A DNA stretch of 61,984 nt, filler included, from a candidate division TA06 bacterium SM23_40 (GTDB lineage: Bacteria > LJUI01 > SM1-40): NCBI GenBank assembly GCA_001303705.1. It is 5 parts of 5 records of this genome, joined end to end, with 100 filler letters (N's around TTAATTAATTAA, not from the genome) between each part and the next. Parts side by side here need not be neighbours in the genome. Positions count along the whole stretch, not along the records: positions 51,286 to 61,984 come from LJUI01000082.1; 4 more parts are not named here. One strand, 5' to 3'. The notes beneath the pieces are model-generated. The model made no database searches. It was not told the DNA's origin and saw only the letters and a list, made by a program, of their open reading frames with translations. Below, in pieces: positions 53,103-61,984 of this stretch; positions within the stretch are counted from its first letter, which is position 1, and the number at the start of each line of letters is the position of its first letter. The position numbers and the translations under genes were made by a program.

Positions 53103-53963
53103 ATGGTAGCGATCTTCTTCTACCGAATGGCGGCTCTCCTTACCAGACTGCTGCCGGTCTCAGTCAGCTACTGGTTGGCTGAGCGAGCCGGGGAACTGAT
53201 GTTTCTCGTTCGCTTCGACCGGCGGCGCGCTGTTCTGGACAATCTGCACCATGCATTCGGGGATCAACTGAGTGGACGGCAGCTGTGCTCACTGAGTCGG
53301 CGCACCTTCCGGAATTTCGCGAAGACAGTCGTTGACTTCCTACGCCTTCCGTCGCTCTCAAAAGAGTCCATCAGAGAAATAATCGGTGATGAATGGAGAG
53401 TTCCTCTGCTCGAGGAGTGGCGGAGGGGAAGAGGCGTAGTCTTTCTCACTGCGCACCTGGGCAACTGGGAGCTCGGTGGTGTGGCGGTGGCCAGCGCCGG
53501 CATTCCGCTGACTGTGGTGGCGCTCGATCATCCGACCGAGCAGGTGACTGAGTTCTTTGAACGTCGGCGCTCTGACAAGGGGTTGATCGTGTTGTCCATG
53601 CGCGAGGCGCCGCGCGGGATGCTGACGGCTCTGAGGAGGGGCGACTGCGTGGCCCTGCTCGGGGACAGAGACTTCAGCGACCGGGGGATGGGGGTACCGC
53701 TGTTCGGGGAGGATGTCCCGATTCCCACGGGTGCGGTGAGACTGGCTATGAAGACCGGCGCCAGTCTCTTTATGGCGTTTGCCGTGAGGGTGAAGGGAGC
53801 CCGCCACCGGATTCTGTTCGAAGGACCTCTCCGGCTCGTGAAGACGGGATCTGAGACAGAAGACCTGAGGGCCAATGTCCTTCTTACATTGGAAGTATTG
53901 GAGCGATACGTACGCAAGTATCCTGACCAGTGGTTCGTCTTCGAGCCGCTGTGGAGGTCTTGA
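53103..53963 (+). CDS. LpxL/HtrB-family lipid acyltransferase
   Basis: TAHLGNWE, LLGDRD, V.LFG, PDQWF motifs. Confidence 0.88.
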   Translation: MVAIFFYRMAALLTRLLPVSVSYWLAERAGELMFLVRFDRRRAVLDNLHHAFGDQLSGRQLCSLSRRTFRNFAKTVVDFLRLPSLSKESIREIIGDEWRVPLLEEWRRGRGVVFLTAHLGNWELGGVAVASAGIPLTVVALDHPTEQVTEFFERRRSDKGLIVLSMREAPRGMLTALRRGDCVALLGDRDFSDRGMGVPLFGEDVPIPTGAVRLAMKTGASLFMAFAVRVKGARHRILFEGPLRLVKTGSETEDLRANVLLTLEVLERYVRKYPDQWFVFEPLWRS

Positions 53964-53970
53964 TACGCCC

Positions 53971-54639
53971 GTGAAAGTCGCGATCCTGATTCCGGCATTC
54001 AACGCGGAGACCACGCTCGCCAGCCTGCTCCAGTCCATCAGTACCATGTTTGACCGACGGAATGTGTTCGTCGTCGATGATGGATCGAGCGACTGTACTT
54101 CAGCCGTTGCCCGGCAGCGCGGCGTGAACGTGCTCAGACACAAATGGAATCTCGGCAAAGGTGCCGCGCACCGCACGGGATTCTCCTACGTCCTGAAACA
54201 GGGGTACGACGCTGTCATTACGCTCGACGCAGACGGCCAGCACGATTATCGTTCCCTCCCTCGATTCGTTGCGCGGGCGCGGAAGAGAGGGGCGGACATC
54301 ATCGTCGGATCGCGGCGCGGCGACCTCTCCACGATGCCGCTCATCAGAGTCTTCACCAACCGCTTGACGTCTCTTGTCGTTTCGCTCCTCTGCGGCCAAC
54401 GGGTCGACGATAGCCAATCCGGATACCGACTGATACGGGCCGGACCCCTCAGGAACATCAGGCTCACGACACGAAACTATCAAACCGAATCGGAGATACT
54501 CATTAAGGCGGGGAGGAAAGGGTATCGTATAGAGTCGATTCCGATACCCACAATCTACGCCCGAGAAGTGAGTTACATTCAACCGTTTACCGATACAATG
54601 CGATTCATCTGGCTTTTCATACGAAGCTTATGGGTGTAG
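53971..54639 (+). CDS. GT2 glycosyltransferase (polyprenol-phosphate sugar synthase-like)
   Basis: IPAFN, VDDGSSD, NLGKGAA, TLDADGQH, DSQSGYR. Confidence 0.9.
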   Translation: MKVAILIPAFNAETTLASLLQSISTMFDRRNVFVVDDGSSDCTSAVARQRGVNVLRHKWNLGKGAAHRTGFSYVLKQGYDAVITLDADGQHDYRSLPRFVARARKRGADIIVGSRRGDLSTMPLIRVFTNRLTSLVVSLLCGQRVDDSQSGYRLIRAGPLRNIRLTTRNYQTESEILIKAGRKGYRIESIPIPTIYAREVSYIQPFTDTMRFIWLFIRSLWV

Positions 54640-55418
54640 ATATCAACATCCTCGTGACCAACGATGACGGGGTGCACGCCCCGGGGTTGGCAGCGCTGCG
54701 CGAGGCAATGTCCCCCCTCGGGACGACGTGTGTGGTGGCTCCGGATCGCCAGCAGAGCGCTACGAGTCATTCGCTGACACTCCACCGTCCGCTGCATGTG
54801 GAACAGCTGGGTGATCGCGTCCACAGCGTCGACGGGACTCCTACAGATTGCGTACTTCTCGCCGTGCATGGTCTTCTGAAAGAGAGACCCCGTTTGGTTG
54901 TGTCGGGGATCAACCATGGGCCCAACATGGGAGAGGATACGATGTATTCGGGGACGGTGGCGGCGGCGATGGAGGGCGCGATACTGGGGATACCGTCCAT
55001 TGCGTTCTCTCTCGTCACCCGGGAGGCGGAGGGGCCACACGACTTCCGAGCGGCCGCATCATTCGCCACCACACTGGCCGATAGGATTCTGAAGACTGGG
55101 CTTCCGCCGCATACAGTCCTGAACGTGAACATCCCGAACTCGCCCGGAGGAGAGATCGCAGGGGTGCGTGTGACGCGCCTGGGGAAGCGGATCTACCAGG
55201 ACAGCATCGTTGAACGGGTGGACCCGGATGGGACATCTCACTACTGGATCGCGGGGGAGGCAACGTGGGAGGTGGGTGCAAACACCGACTTCTCCGCGGT
55301 CGATTGCGGGATGATCTCGATCACGCCGCTCCATTTCGATTTGACCGACTATAAGGCGATCGACGACCTGCGGATCTGGGCCGCCGGTCTGGAGACAGGG
55401 TTGAGTGTAGGTGCGTGA
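54630..55418 (+). CDS. surE: 5'/3'-nucleotidase SurE
   Basis: ILVTNDDG, GTPTDCV, SGINHG.N, YSGTVAAA. Confidence 0.96.
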   Translation: MGVDINILVTNDDGVHAPGLAALREAMSPLGTTCVVAPDRQQSATSHSLTLHRPLHVEQLGDRVHSVDGTPTDCVLLAVHGLLKERPRLVVSGINHGPNMGEDTMYSGTVAAAMEGAILGIPSIAFSLVTREAEGPHDFRAAASFATTLADRILKTGLPPHTVLNVNIPNSPGGEIAGVRVTRLGKRIYQDSIVERVDPDGTSHYWIAGEATWEVGANTDFSAVDCGMISITPLHFDLTDYKAIDDLRIWAAGLETGLSVGA

Positions 55419-56073
55419 TAGCGTGGAGCCCTTGACGAAGTACGAGCGCTCCCGAAAGAAGATGGTCGAGACGCAGATTCGGGCGCGCGGCATCACGGAG
55501 GCCCGTCTGCTCGCAGCGATGGAGCGCGTGCCACGCCATCTCTTTGTGTCCGAAGCGTTCTCGGAAAAGGCGTACGGAGATCATCCTCTCCCGATCGGCG
55601 AAGGACAGACGATCTCGCAGCCCTACATGGTCGCGACGATGATCGATGCTCTCGATCTCCAGGGAGAGGAGCGTGTACTGGAGATCGGGACCGGTTCCGG
55701 GTACCAGGCGGCGGTGCTCGCCGAGCTCTCGGCACAGGTATTCACGATTGAGCGGATCCCGTCGCTCGGCACGCGGGCCCGAGAACTGCTCGAGAATCTC
55801 GGGTATACGAACATCGCATTTCGCATCGGGGATGGAACGATCGGATGGCGCGAAGCGTCTCCCTTTGATGCGATCCTGGTGAGCGCTGCAGCGCCCAAGA
55901 TACCGAAAGCGCTCACGGAGCAGCTTGCCGATGGTGGGCGTCTGGCGATACCGATTGGCGGTTCACTCTCTCAGGTATTGAAGCAAGTCACCAGGCGAGG
56001 TGAAGCACTGGAGACCCGCACGGTCTGCGGTTGCGTATTCGTGCCGCTCATCGGCAGGGACGGATGGCCCTGA
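55411..56073 (+). CDS. pcm: Protein-L-isoaspartate O-methyltransferase
   Basis: [33 protein letters not shown]; follows surE. Confidence 0.96.
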   Translation: MRDSVEPLTKYERSRKKMVETQIRARGITEARLLAAMERVPRHLFVSEAFSEKAYGDHPLPIGEGQTISQPYMVATMIDALDLQGEERVLEIGTGSGYQAAVLAELSAQVFTIERIPSLGTRARELLENLGYTNIAFRIGDGTIGWREASPFDAILVSAAAPKIPKALTEQLADGGRLAIPIGGSLSQVLKQVTRRGEALETRTVCGCVFVPLIGRDGWP

Positions 56074-56149
56074 TCGAGGCCGATATCGGCGGGTGTTGAT
56101 TCGTGTCAGCGGATGAAATGTCAGACCGGAGCGACGGTGCCTCGCATAC

Positions 56150-56226
56150 CGGGGCGTAGCGCAGCTTGGAAGCGCGCTTGGTTCGGGACCAAGAGGTCGC
56201 TGGTTCAAATCCAGTCGCCCCGACCA
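56150..56226 (+). tRNA. tRNA-Pro (CGG)
   Basis: CGGGGCG/CGCCCCG acceptor; CTTGG-TTCGGGA-CCAAG anticodon arm; CCA end. Confidence 0.97.
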
Positions 56227-56498
56227 CTCGATGGGGCATCGTCGCTTCACCATTTTCACCGCTCGGACAAACCAAAGGCCCTCACCCGATCAACAGGCGC
56301 AACTGCATTACTTTGGTGAGGATTCGTGCCACGCGGGATTCGGGTCACTTGGCTCGCGGCTTCCATGGATTCGATGCTCCACCCGCTGATCTGTATTCGG
56401 AACACTCCGATTCTATCGATTGATCTCCCCGAAACCGCCGGTCTGAGTCGTGACATATCGCACGGAAACCTGTTTCGGCACGGGAGGATCACAGTCGG

Positions 56499-57275
56499 AT
56501 GCCAGTGTTCATCGAACGCCGTGCTCGTGTCGGAGCGTGGTTTGACGAATGTAGGAGATGGCCGGCACGGCTCAGGATTCGAGGAAGAGGCGTTCTCCCG
56601 ATCGTCGAGCGTAACTCTCACATCTCACCCGGTGCGAAATGGGTGGCACTCTCGATAGACGACGGTCCCAGCAAAGAGACAACTCCTGCTCTCTTGAGAG
56701 CGCTTAAGGCCCATTGTGTGAATGCGACTTTTTTCGTTCTAGGTTCTCGGGCCGAGGAGAATCTGTCACTTGTACGGGACATAGTCAAAGACGGTCACGA
56801 TGTCTATGCACATGGCTACAGTCACAGGCGATTCGACCGCATGACCACGGAAGAGATTCTCGATGAGATTGAACGGACCGAGGCTTTGTTACGTACCCTT
56901 CGACCGACGCCGTCCAGGTATTTCGTGAGAACGCCTCACGGAGCGGGTGCATTCGATCCGCATGTTCATGAGGCTCTGCGTCGGTGGAACCCATCGACCT
57001 GTCTGGCTCAGTGGAGCATTTCGACGCGTGATTGGAAGATCTCGCGTAGATGCCGTTCGGCGGCGCAAGTGCAGTCAAAGTGTGCAGCCGCGGTCGATCG
57101 CATCATGAATCATCCCAGGTTGTCTGGGTCGATCATCTTGCTGCATGACGCCCCCGTCGGAGGAGAAGGCGAATTCGTCACGGAAGTCTCTGAAATGCTC
57201 TTGGCGAGGTTGCTCCGAGCTCTTCATGAGGATGGCTATGCGGTCGGGATGTTGAAGGAGGCGATCGAGGATTAG
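56499..57275 (+). CDS. Polysaccharide deacetylase (NodB/CE4); start uncertain
   Basis: SIDDGP, ATFFV, HGYSH, RTPHG, IILLHD. Confidence 0.85.
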   Translation: MPVFIERRARVGAWFDECRRWPARLRIRGRGVLPIVERNSHISPGAKWVALSIDDGPSKETTPALLRALKAHCVNATFFVLGSRAEENLSLVRDIVKDGHDVYAHGYSHRRFDRMTTEEILDEIERTEALLRTLRPTPSRYFVRTPHGAGAFDPHVHEALRRWNPSTCLAQWSISTRDWKISRRCRSAAQVQSKCAAAVDRIMNHPRLSGSIILLHDAPVGGEGEFVTEVSEMLLARLLRALHEDGYAVGMLKEAIED

Positions 57276-57384
57276 AACGCGTGCCGTTGCTCTCAGGAGA
57301 GGAGCTCAGGCGGAGTGACGAAGAAGTCAACGGATATGGTTCCAACCCGAAACAGGTCCAAGGGAGTCTAAGGACTGCACAGGC

Positions 57385-57903
57385 TTGCCTGAAGATCTGG
57401 GCGATGCTCGGGGACTGTGCACGCGAGGGGAGAGGCACCTGGTCATCGGCGTCATCGGATCCGGAAGTTGCGACGAACAGGTCGCAGGTGTTGCGGAAGC
57501 GGTCGGCAGGGAGATCGCACGAGCCGGGGCGACGCTCATCTGCGGCGGGCTGGGAGGTGTGATGGAGGCAGCCTGCCGGGGTGCCAAGGGTGCCGGCGGC
57601 GTGACGATCGGTATCCTCCCCGGATCGGACCCGTATGAGGCGAATGAGTTCGTCGACCATGCGGTGGCAACAGGGATGGGACAGGCCAGGAACGTAGTCA
57701 TCGTGCTCTCCTCCGACGCGGTCGTGGCCGTCTCGGGAGGCTATGGGACGCTCTCTGAGATCGCTACAGCGCTGAAGATGTCCGTTCCCGTTGTGGGCAT
57801 CGGGACATGGGCGCTCGAGGCACCGGTCGTCAGGGCGACCGATCCGGAGCAAGCGGTGGCCGTGGCGTGCAGAGAGGCACAGAGGCGGGACCGCGGGAGG
57901 TGA
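57385..57903 (+). CDS. TIGR00725/LOG-family Rossmann-fold protein; start uncertain
   Basis: IGVIG, CGGLGGVMEA, TGMGQARN, GGYGTLSEI. Confidence 0.88.
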   Translation: MPEDLGDARGLCTRGERHLVIGVIGSGSCDEQVAGVAEAVGREIARAGATLICGGLGGVMEAACRGAKGAGGVTIGILPGSDPYEANEFVDHAVATGMGQARNVVIVLSSDAVVAVSGGYGTLSEIATALKMSVPVVGIGTWALEAPVVRATDPEQAVAVACREAQRRDRGR

Positions 57904-57910
57904 GGAGATC

Positions 57911-58201
57911 ATGGACGCGGGCACTGACGAGGCGGCAGTTCACCTCCTTGTCTCCGGTTATGTACAGGGGGTGGGATTTCGGTTCTACGTGGAGCGCGTC
58001 GCGCACGCCCTGGGGTTGGTCGGGTACGTGCGCAACCTTCCCAGCGGGAAAGTGGAGGCGGAGGCTGAGGGGCCCAAAGCGCGGCTCGAGGAGTTCGTCG
58101 AGCATGTCCGAAAGGGACCGCGCGCTGCACGTGTCTCCAATGTCGAGACTAGCTGGAAGTCCCCCAGCGGAACCTTCGATAGCTTTTCGCTGAGATGGTG
58201 A
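57911..58201 (+). CDS. acyP: Acylphosphatase
   Basis: VSG.VQGVGFR, GYVRNL..G.VE, GP.AARV; SD GAGGAG. Confidence 0.93.
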   Translation: MDAGTDEAAVHLLVSGYVQGVGFRFYVERVAHALGLVGYVRNLPSGKVEAEAEGPKARLEEFVEHVRKGPRAARVSNVETSWKSPSGTFDSFSLRW

Positions 58202-58241
58202 ACACTCAGTTCGCATTGGCATTGCCGCAGGGAGCGGAACG

Positions 58242-58766
58242 GTGGAGCGCTTAGAATCACTCATACGAAGCATCCCCGACTTCCCCAAGAAGGGCATCCT
58301 CTTCCGTGATATCACGACTCTGTTGAAGGATCCGGAGGGCCTTCGCCTGGCCATCGATGCCCTCCTCGAGCTGTTCCATGACCGGGACGTCGATCTCGTC
58401 GCGTCAATCGAAGCCAGAGGGCTGATCCTCGGCGCCCCTCTAGCATACCTTCTGGGAGTCGGCTTCGTGCCCGTAAGAAAATGTGGAAAGCTCCCGGCCA
58501 GGACGGCGCGGGAGGAGTACGAGCTCGAGTATGGCACAGACGCCGTCGAGATACATGTAGATGCTATCAAGACAGGGCAGCGGGTTCTGGTCGTTGATGA
58601 TCTCCTGGCCACCGGAGGGACGGCGCTCGCGACATGCAGGGTGATTGAGAAACTGGGCGGTCGGATCGTAGGTGTTGCCTTCCTTGTCGAGCTTCCTGAT
58701 CTGGGGGGCAGGGAGAAGCTAGCCGGATACGATGTCGAGTCTCTCGTCGCCTTCAAGGGTGAGTGA
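58242..58766 (+). CDS. apt: Adenine phosphoribosyltransferase
   Basis: IPDFPKKGILFRDIT, EARG, YELEYG, VDDLLATGGT. Confidence 0.97.
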   Translation: MERLESLIRSIPDFPKKGILFRDITTLLKDPEGLRLAIDALLELFHDRDVDLVASIEARGLILGAPLAYLLGVGFVPVRKCGKLPARTAREEYELEYGTDAVEIHVDAIKTGQRVLVVDDLLATGGTALATCRVIEKLGGRIVGVAFLVELPDLGGREKLAGYDVESLVAFKGE

Positions 58767-59683
58767 TCACGGTGCCCACACCGATAAGCCGAAATCATAG
58801 GAAGCGCGGCCGCGCCCGGGTGCTGCTCGGGTTTGTCTCACTGGCTGCGGCGCTCTCGATCTGCGTAGCCGGATGTCAGGGATACCATCCGCCATCGAGA
58901 TCGAGACTCGAAGAGCGCGTGCGCGCTTTTGCGGAGTGTATCCGACGGGGAGACGTCGCCCGCGCAGGGCGGTTTCTGGAGCCGCAGGCAACGGAAGATG
59001 CGAGGAATCGGTTCCGGTATAGATTCGTGCGCCTCTCACCCGACACGCTGTACCGGGACGTTTCGGTCTATGCCGCCGCTGTCTCATTCGATAGCACGAA
59101 GATACCCCGTCCCGAGGCGCGCGCTATCGTCATGTTCTGGAAGGAGAGCAGACCGTGGTACTACGAACCACCGATAAGGGATGTGGTAGTCGATTGGTTC
59201 TATTCGGATTGGGTCCATGACGAAGCCGGAGGAGACTGGTTCCTCGTCGAGATATCTCCCGACCGCGTGCGAAAGCATTCTCTCCCCAATCCGATACGCC
59301 ATCCCCCTGTGCCCGAGCAAGATCCGGCTGCCGCATCGCAACTGTTGGAGGCGCTGGCGCGACGGGGCATGTTCCCCGGCGAGATCGATGTTGACATATT
59401 GACCGAGGCCAATCGGCTCGTGGTCGTCCGCCTGCGCTACCGATCGCTGAGTAGTTTCTTCGGCATCCGGAAAGCACTCAGCTTCACAGAGGCGCTGAGG
59501 CTTCAGGAACGGGCGACGACCGAGGCGACCAGGTGTGTGCGGGAGGTGATACCGGGAGCCGATCTCCTGATTCTCGAGCCCGCCGGCGTCGGCGTCGATC
59601 TGAGGACAGAAGAAAAAGTGGCCATCGGCCCTCCGGCCCTTCGTCGCAGAGGCATCGACTGGATCAAGAGCAAAGTCGAATAG
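58763..59683 (+). CDS. Hypothetical lipoprotein
   Basis: Start overlaps apt stop (GTGA); signal peptide ending VAGC. Confidence 0.6.
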   Translation: MITVPTPISRNHRKRGRARVLLGFVSLAAALSICVAGCQGYHPPSRSRLEERVRAFAECIRRGDVARAGRFLEPQATEDARNRFRYRFVRLSPDTLYRDVSVYAAAVSFDSTKIPRPEARAIVMFWKESRPWYYEPPIRDVVVDWFYSDWVHDEAGGDWFLVEISPDRVRKHSLPNPIRHPPVPEQDPAAASQLLEALARRGMFPGEIDVDILTEANRLVVVRLRYRSLSSFFGIRKALSFTEALRLQERATTEATRCVREVIPGADLLILEPAGVGVDLRTEEKVAIGPPALRRRGIDWIKSKVE

Positions 59684-59686
59684 ACG

Positions 59687-60316
59687 GTGCGCACGAGGCC
59701 AGAACTGATGAGCATCAAGTCGAAACGGGAATTCTTCGATCACCATGCGCCCGACTGGGACAGGTTGTACGAGCCCGAGGCCCTTGCCCGGCTGTCTCAG
59801 CTGATCGCAGATCTCCCGTTTGGATCTGCTCGCCGCGTGCTCGATGTGGGTTGCGGCACAGGCGTTCTGTGGCCATTGCTGAGAGGGCGGCTCTCGACGA
59901 ATGGCACATTAGCAGCGATCGACCTCTCCTACGAGATGCTCTCTCAGGCGTCGGCCAAGCGCGAGGCTGACGTCCTGGCGATCCATGCCGACGCACATTG
60001 GCTGCCGTTCGCTTCGGAGACCTTCGAGCTCGTCATCTGTTTTGCTACCTTCCCCCATCTGGGCAATCAGGATGCTGCGATGGGAGAGATGGGGCGCGTG
60101 CTGAGGCAAGGAGGGGAGCTCTGGATCATCCATCTCATGTCACGTGAGGAGATCGCTCGCCACCACCGGAGTGCCGGCCCGGAGGTGCAGCACGACACGC
60201 TGCCCGACCATTACTCGATGGAGCAGATGATGGAGTCGGCAGGAATCGAGCCTATCGAGATCGTCGATGTCCCGTCGCGATATGTGGCACGGGGGCGAAA
60301 GCGGAAGGGAGGGTGA
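59687..60316 (+). CDS. Class I SAM-dependent methyltransferase
   Basis: VLDVGCGTG, IDLS.EML, DA..LPF, RVLR.GG. Confidence 0.9.
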   Translation: MRTRPELMSIKSKREFFDHHAPDWDRLYEPEALARLSQLIADLPFGSARRVLDVGCGTGVLWPLLRGRLSTNGTLAAIDLSYEMLSQASAKREADVLAIHADAHWLPFASETFELVICFATFPHLGNQDAAMGEMGRVLRQGGELWIIHLMSREEIARHHRSAGPEVQHDTLPDHYSMEQMMESAGIEPIEIVDVPSRYVARGRKRKGG

Positions 60317-61005
60317 CGATGAGAGGAGAGGGGAGAGAGGGATGGGCGCCCCGCACAGTGGCGCAGACCGGGCTGTTCGTGGCCCTGGGAATCCTGCTGC
60401 CGATTCTGTTCCATCAGGTGAGTCTGGGAGGGCGGATCTTTCTTCCGATGCACATCCCGGTATTGCTCGCGGGCGCACTCATCGGGCCGGTTAGCGGCCT
60501 CATCGTGGGCATCATTTCCCCCGGACTCAGTTTCCTCCTCACGGGCATGCCGCCCGCCCTGCGCGTTCCCCTGATGACACTCGAGCTCCCGATCTACGGG
60601 CTGGTATTCGGCCTGCTGGTGCGCGCCTGGAGCGCCTGGCCCCGTCCCGAGCAGCAGCCCGGCAATGAGGCAGAGCGGCAGGCACCGTCGACTACTGCTC
60701 ACGGTGCCGGTGTGAGGGCAAGTCGGGGGAATCGGATACAGTCAGCGTGGCGGGCGGTCTATCCGGTCGGGGCTCTGATCGGCGCCCTCATCGTTGCGCA
60801 GATTGCGGGGCGTGTGGGGTATGGAGTGGGGCTTCTCACGATCGGACGGCTGTTGGGGCTGCCTTTCTCCCTTAAGGGTTATATGATCGCGGCCTTCGCG
60901 GCCGGGGTCCCGGGAATCATCGTCCAGCTCATCCTCATCCCGATCCTCGTCCTCACCTTGCGACGCCATGCGCTGCACGTGCAGCCGTCAGTTCTCTCCC
61001 TTTAG
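60313..61005 (+). CDS. ECF transporter S-component with a hydrophilic loop insertion
   Basis: Multiple TM helices; LPMHIPVLLAG, TGMPP, PGII.QLILIP. Confidence 0.8.
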   Translation: MTMRGEGREGWAPRTVAQTGLFVALGILLPILFHQVSLGGRIFLPMHIPVLLAGALIGPVSGLIVGIISPGLSFLLTGMPPALRVPLMTLELPIYGLVFGLLVRAWSAWPRPEQQPGNEAERQAPSTTAHGAGVRASRGNRIQSAWRAVYPVGALIGALIVAQIAGRVGYGVGLLTIGRLLGLPFSLKGYMIAAFAAGVPGIIVQLILIPILVLTLRRHALHVQPSVLSL

Positions 61006-61011
61006 GCTCCC

Positions 61012-61569
61012 TCAGCCCGTCTTTTTCTTGAGCAGATCCAGGATCTCCATAAATTCCTGCCGCAGGGGGTGGTCGAAACTCTCTCTGAGGAAGTCCGCTA
61101 TCTCCTCGAATCGTTCGATCTGTTCGTGCCTGCCGCGCTTCATACGATTCCAGATCTCGGCGCCGGTCTCGAGGGACGCGAGCAGTGAATAGAGATTATG
61201 GATCTTGTCCGCTACCGAGATGGCGATTGCCTCCGGCTGCGCTGATCGAAGGCGGTCGAGGTACCGCCTCTTCCTCTCCTTCCAGGGAAGAGATCTGTCC
61301 TCCTCGCTCACATCGAGCACCAGATCAGCAATCCTCTCCCCGAAGAGCTCCGCCAGCTCCGTACGATCGACGCCCCTGTCCTCACACGTGTCGTGCAGGA
61401 TTCCGGCGGCCACGACTTCCTCGTCGAATCCTGCTCGCTGGAGGATGAGCCCGACCATTGCACAGTGGCTGACGTAGGGAATGACCGCTTCAGGGTTCTT
61501 GCGGTACTGTCCCTCGTGGGTGCGGGCAGCATAGTCGAGAGCCCTGTGGATCAGGGCCGAGTAGAACAT
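61012..61569 (-). CDS. Stand-alone RelA/SpoT-type HD-domain hydrolase (small alarmone hydrolase/Mesh1-like)
   Basis: H.GQYRK, PY..H, LHDTCED, ADKIHN; no synthetase domain. Confidence 0.82.
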   Translation of the reverse strand: MFYSALIHRALDYAARTHEGQYRKNPEAVIPYVSHCAMVGLILQRAGFDEEVVAAGILHDTCEDRGVDRTELAELFGERIADLVLDVSEEDRSLPWKERKRRYLDRLRSAQPEAIAISVADKIHNLYSLLASLETGAEIWNRMKRGRHEQIERFEEIADFLRESFDHPLRQEFMEILDLLKKKTG

Positions 61570-61727
61570 GCGCGTCTCCGGTCTATTCGGCGGGGCCCCG
61601 GTGGTCGCTTAGATGAAATAGGCCCGCGTCGCCCGTGACGATCTGGGCGCAACGAGCCAGCATTGCCCAGGTGACAGACCAGGTGGAGAGGCTCCGCTTC
61701 GTGCGGGTGACGACCCGGACGAAGTAA

Positions 61728-61809
61728 GCCCCGAGGTACTGCCGAGGCAGTAGTTCTTCCCTCAGCCATTCCGAAGAATGACTGGGAGGTGTAGGGAAGC
61801 CCTCGGGGC
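61728..61809 (-). ncRNA. Unassigned structured RNA element (three-way junction) in the leader of the HD gene
   Basis: Stems GCCCCGAGG/CCUCGGGGC, CUUCCCU/AGGGAAG, CAGUCAUUC-UUCG-GAAUGGCUG and UACUGC/GCAGUA on the minus strand. Confidence 0.5.
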
Positions 61810-61833
61810 AACTATTATTTCGACCTCCCGACC

Positions 61834-61862
61834 ATTCTAGGACATTTCGGGAATTTTGTCAA
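61834..61862 (-). promoter_or_regulatory. Candidate sigma70 promoter
   Basis: Minus strand TTGACA-N17-TAGAAT. Confidence 0.75.
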
Positions 61863-61984
61863 GCGCAAACCTGCCGCGGCTGCGGATTGTGATTGTGGGT
61901 AGATTTTTGTTGCATTCTTTTGGGCTGCCCTTTCTAATGCATGTTTATCGACATACATCTAAAGGAGGGCCTCCCATGACTCGT

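Noticed and set aside
61961-61984. SD AAAGGAGG and ATG at 61976
   Set aside because: Probably a gene start, but only three codons are visible, so no call can be supported

Overview
GC-rich bacterial draft-genome window made of five separate contigs or scaffolds joined by 100-bp N/TTAATTAATTAA spacers (1-11480, 11581-22836, 22937-34057, 34158-51185, 51286-61984). Gene adjacency across those spacers is meaningless. The organism looks like a diderm with a divergent 16S rRNA; an FCB-associated candidate lineage is plausible but not proven here. Housekeeping content includes PBP1A, tyrS, purM, argS, rsfS, panC/panD, folK/folB, radC, pyrD/pyrK, surE, pcm, apt and two tRNA-Pro genes. Two things stand out. 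(1) The rRNA locus is remodelled: a 411-aa outer-membrane beta-barrel-like gene sits between tRNA-Ile and tRNA-Ala, followed by a terminator-like hairpin and separate sigma70-type promoters for tRNA-Ala and for 23S. No 5S follows 23S, and the 16S has compensatory changes at near-universal positions. (2) Eight predicted exported proteins on two contigs (C13, M1 and C39-like peptidases, an FG-GAP protein, three beta-helix paralogs, one partial ORF) all end in the same ~110-aa domain (LPxGNP...GP...P..AP.G.Y.Y...G.PP....D.D.F.F). This domain is a candidate sorting or docking module, distinct from the T9SS-type tail on a neighbouring protein. Smaller items: a stand-alone MshEN-like protein, structured leader RNAs, REP-like repeats and a decayed tRNA. 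All family calls come from motif recognition by eye; no database search was run.
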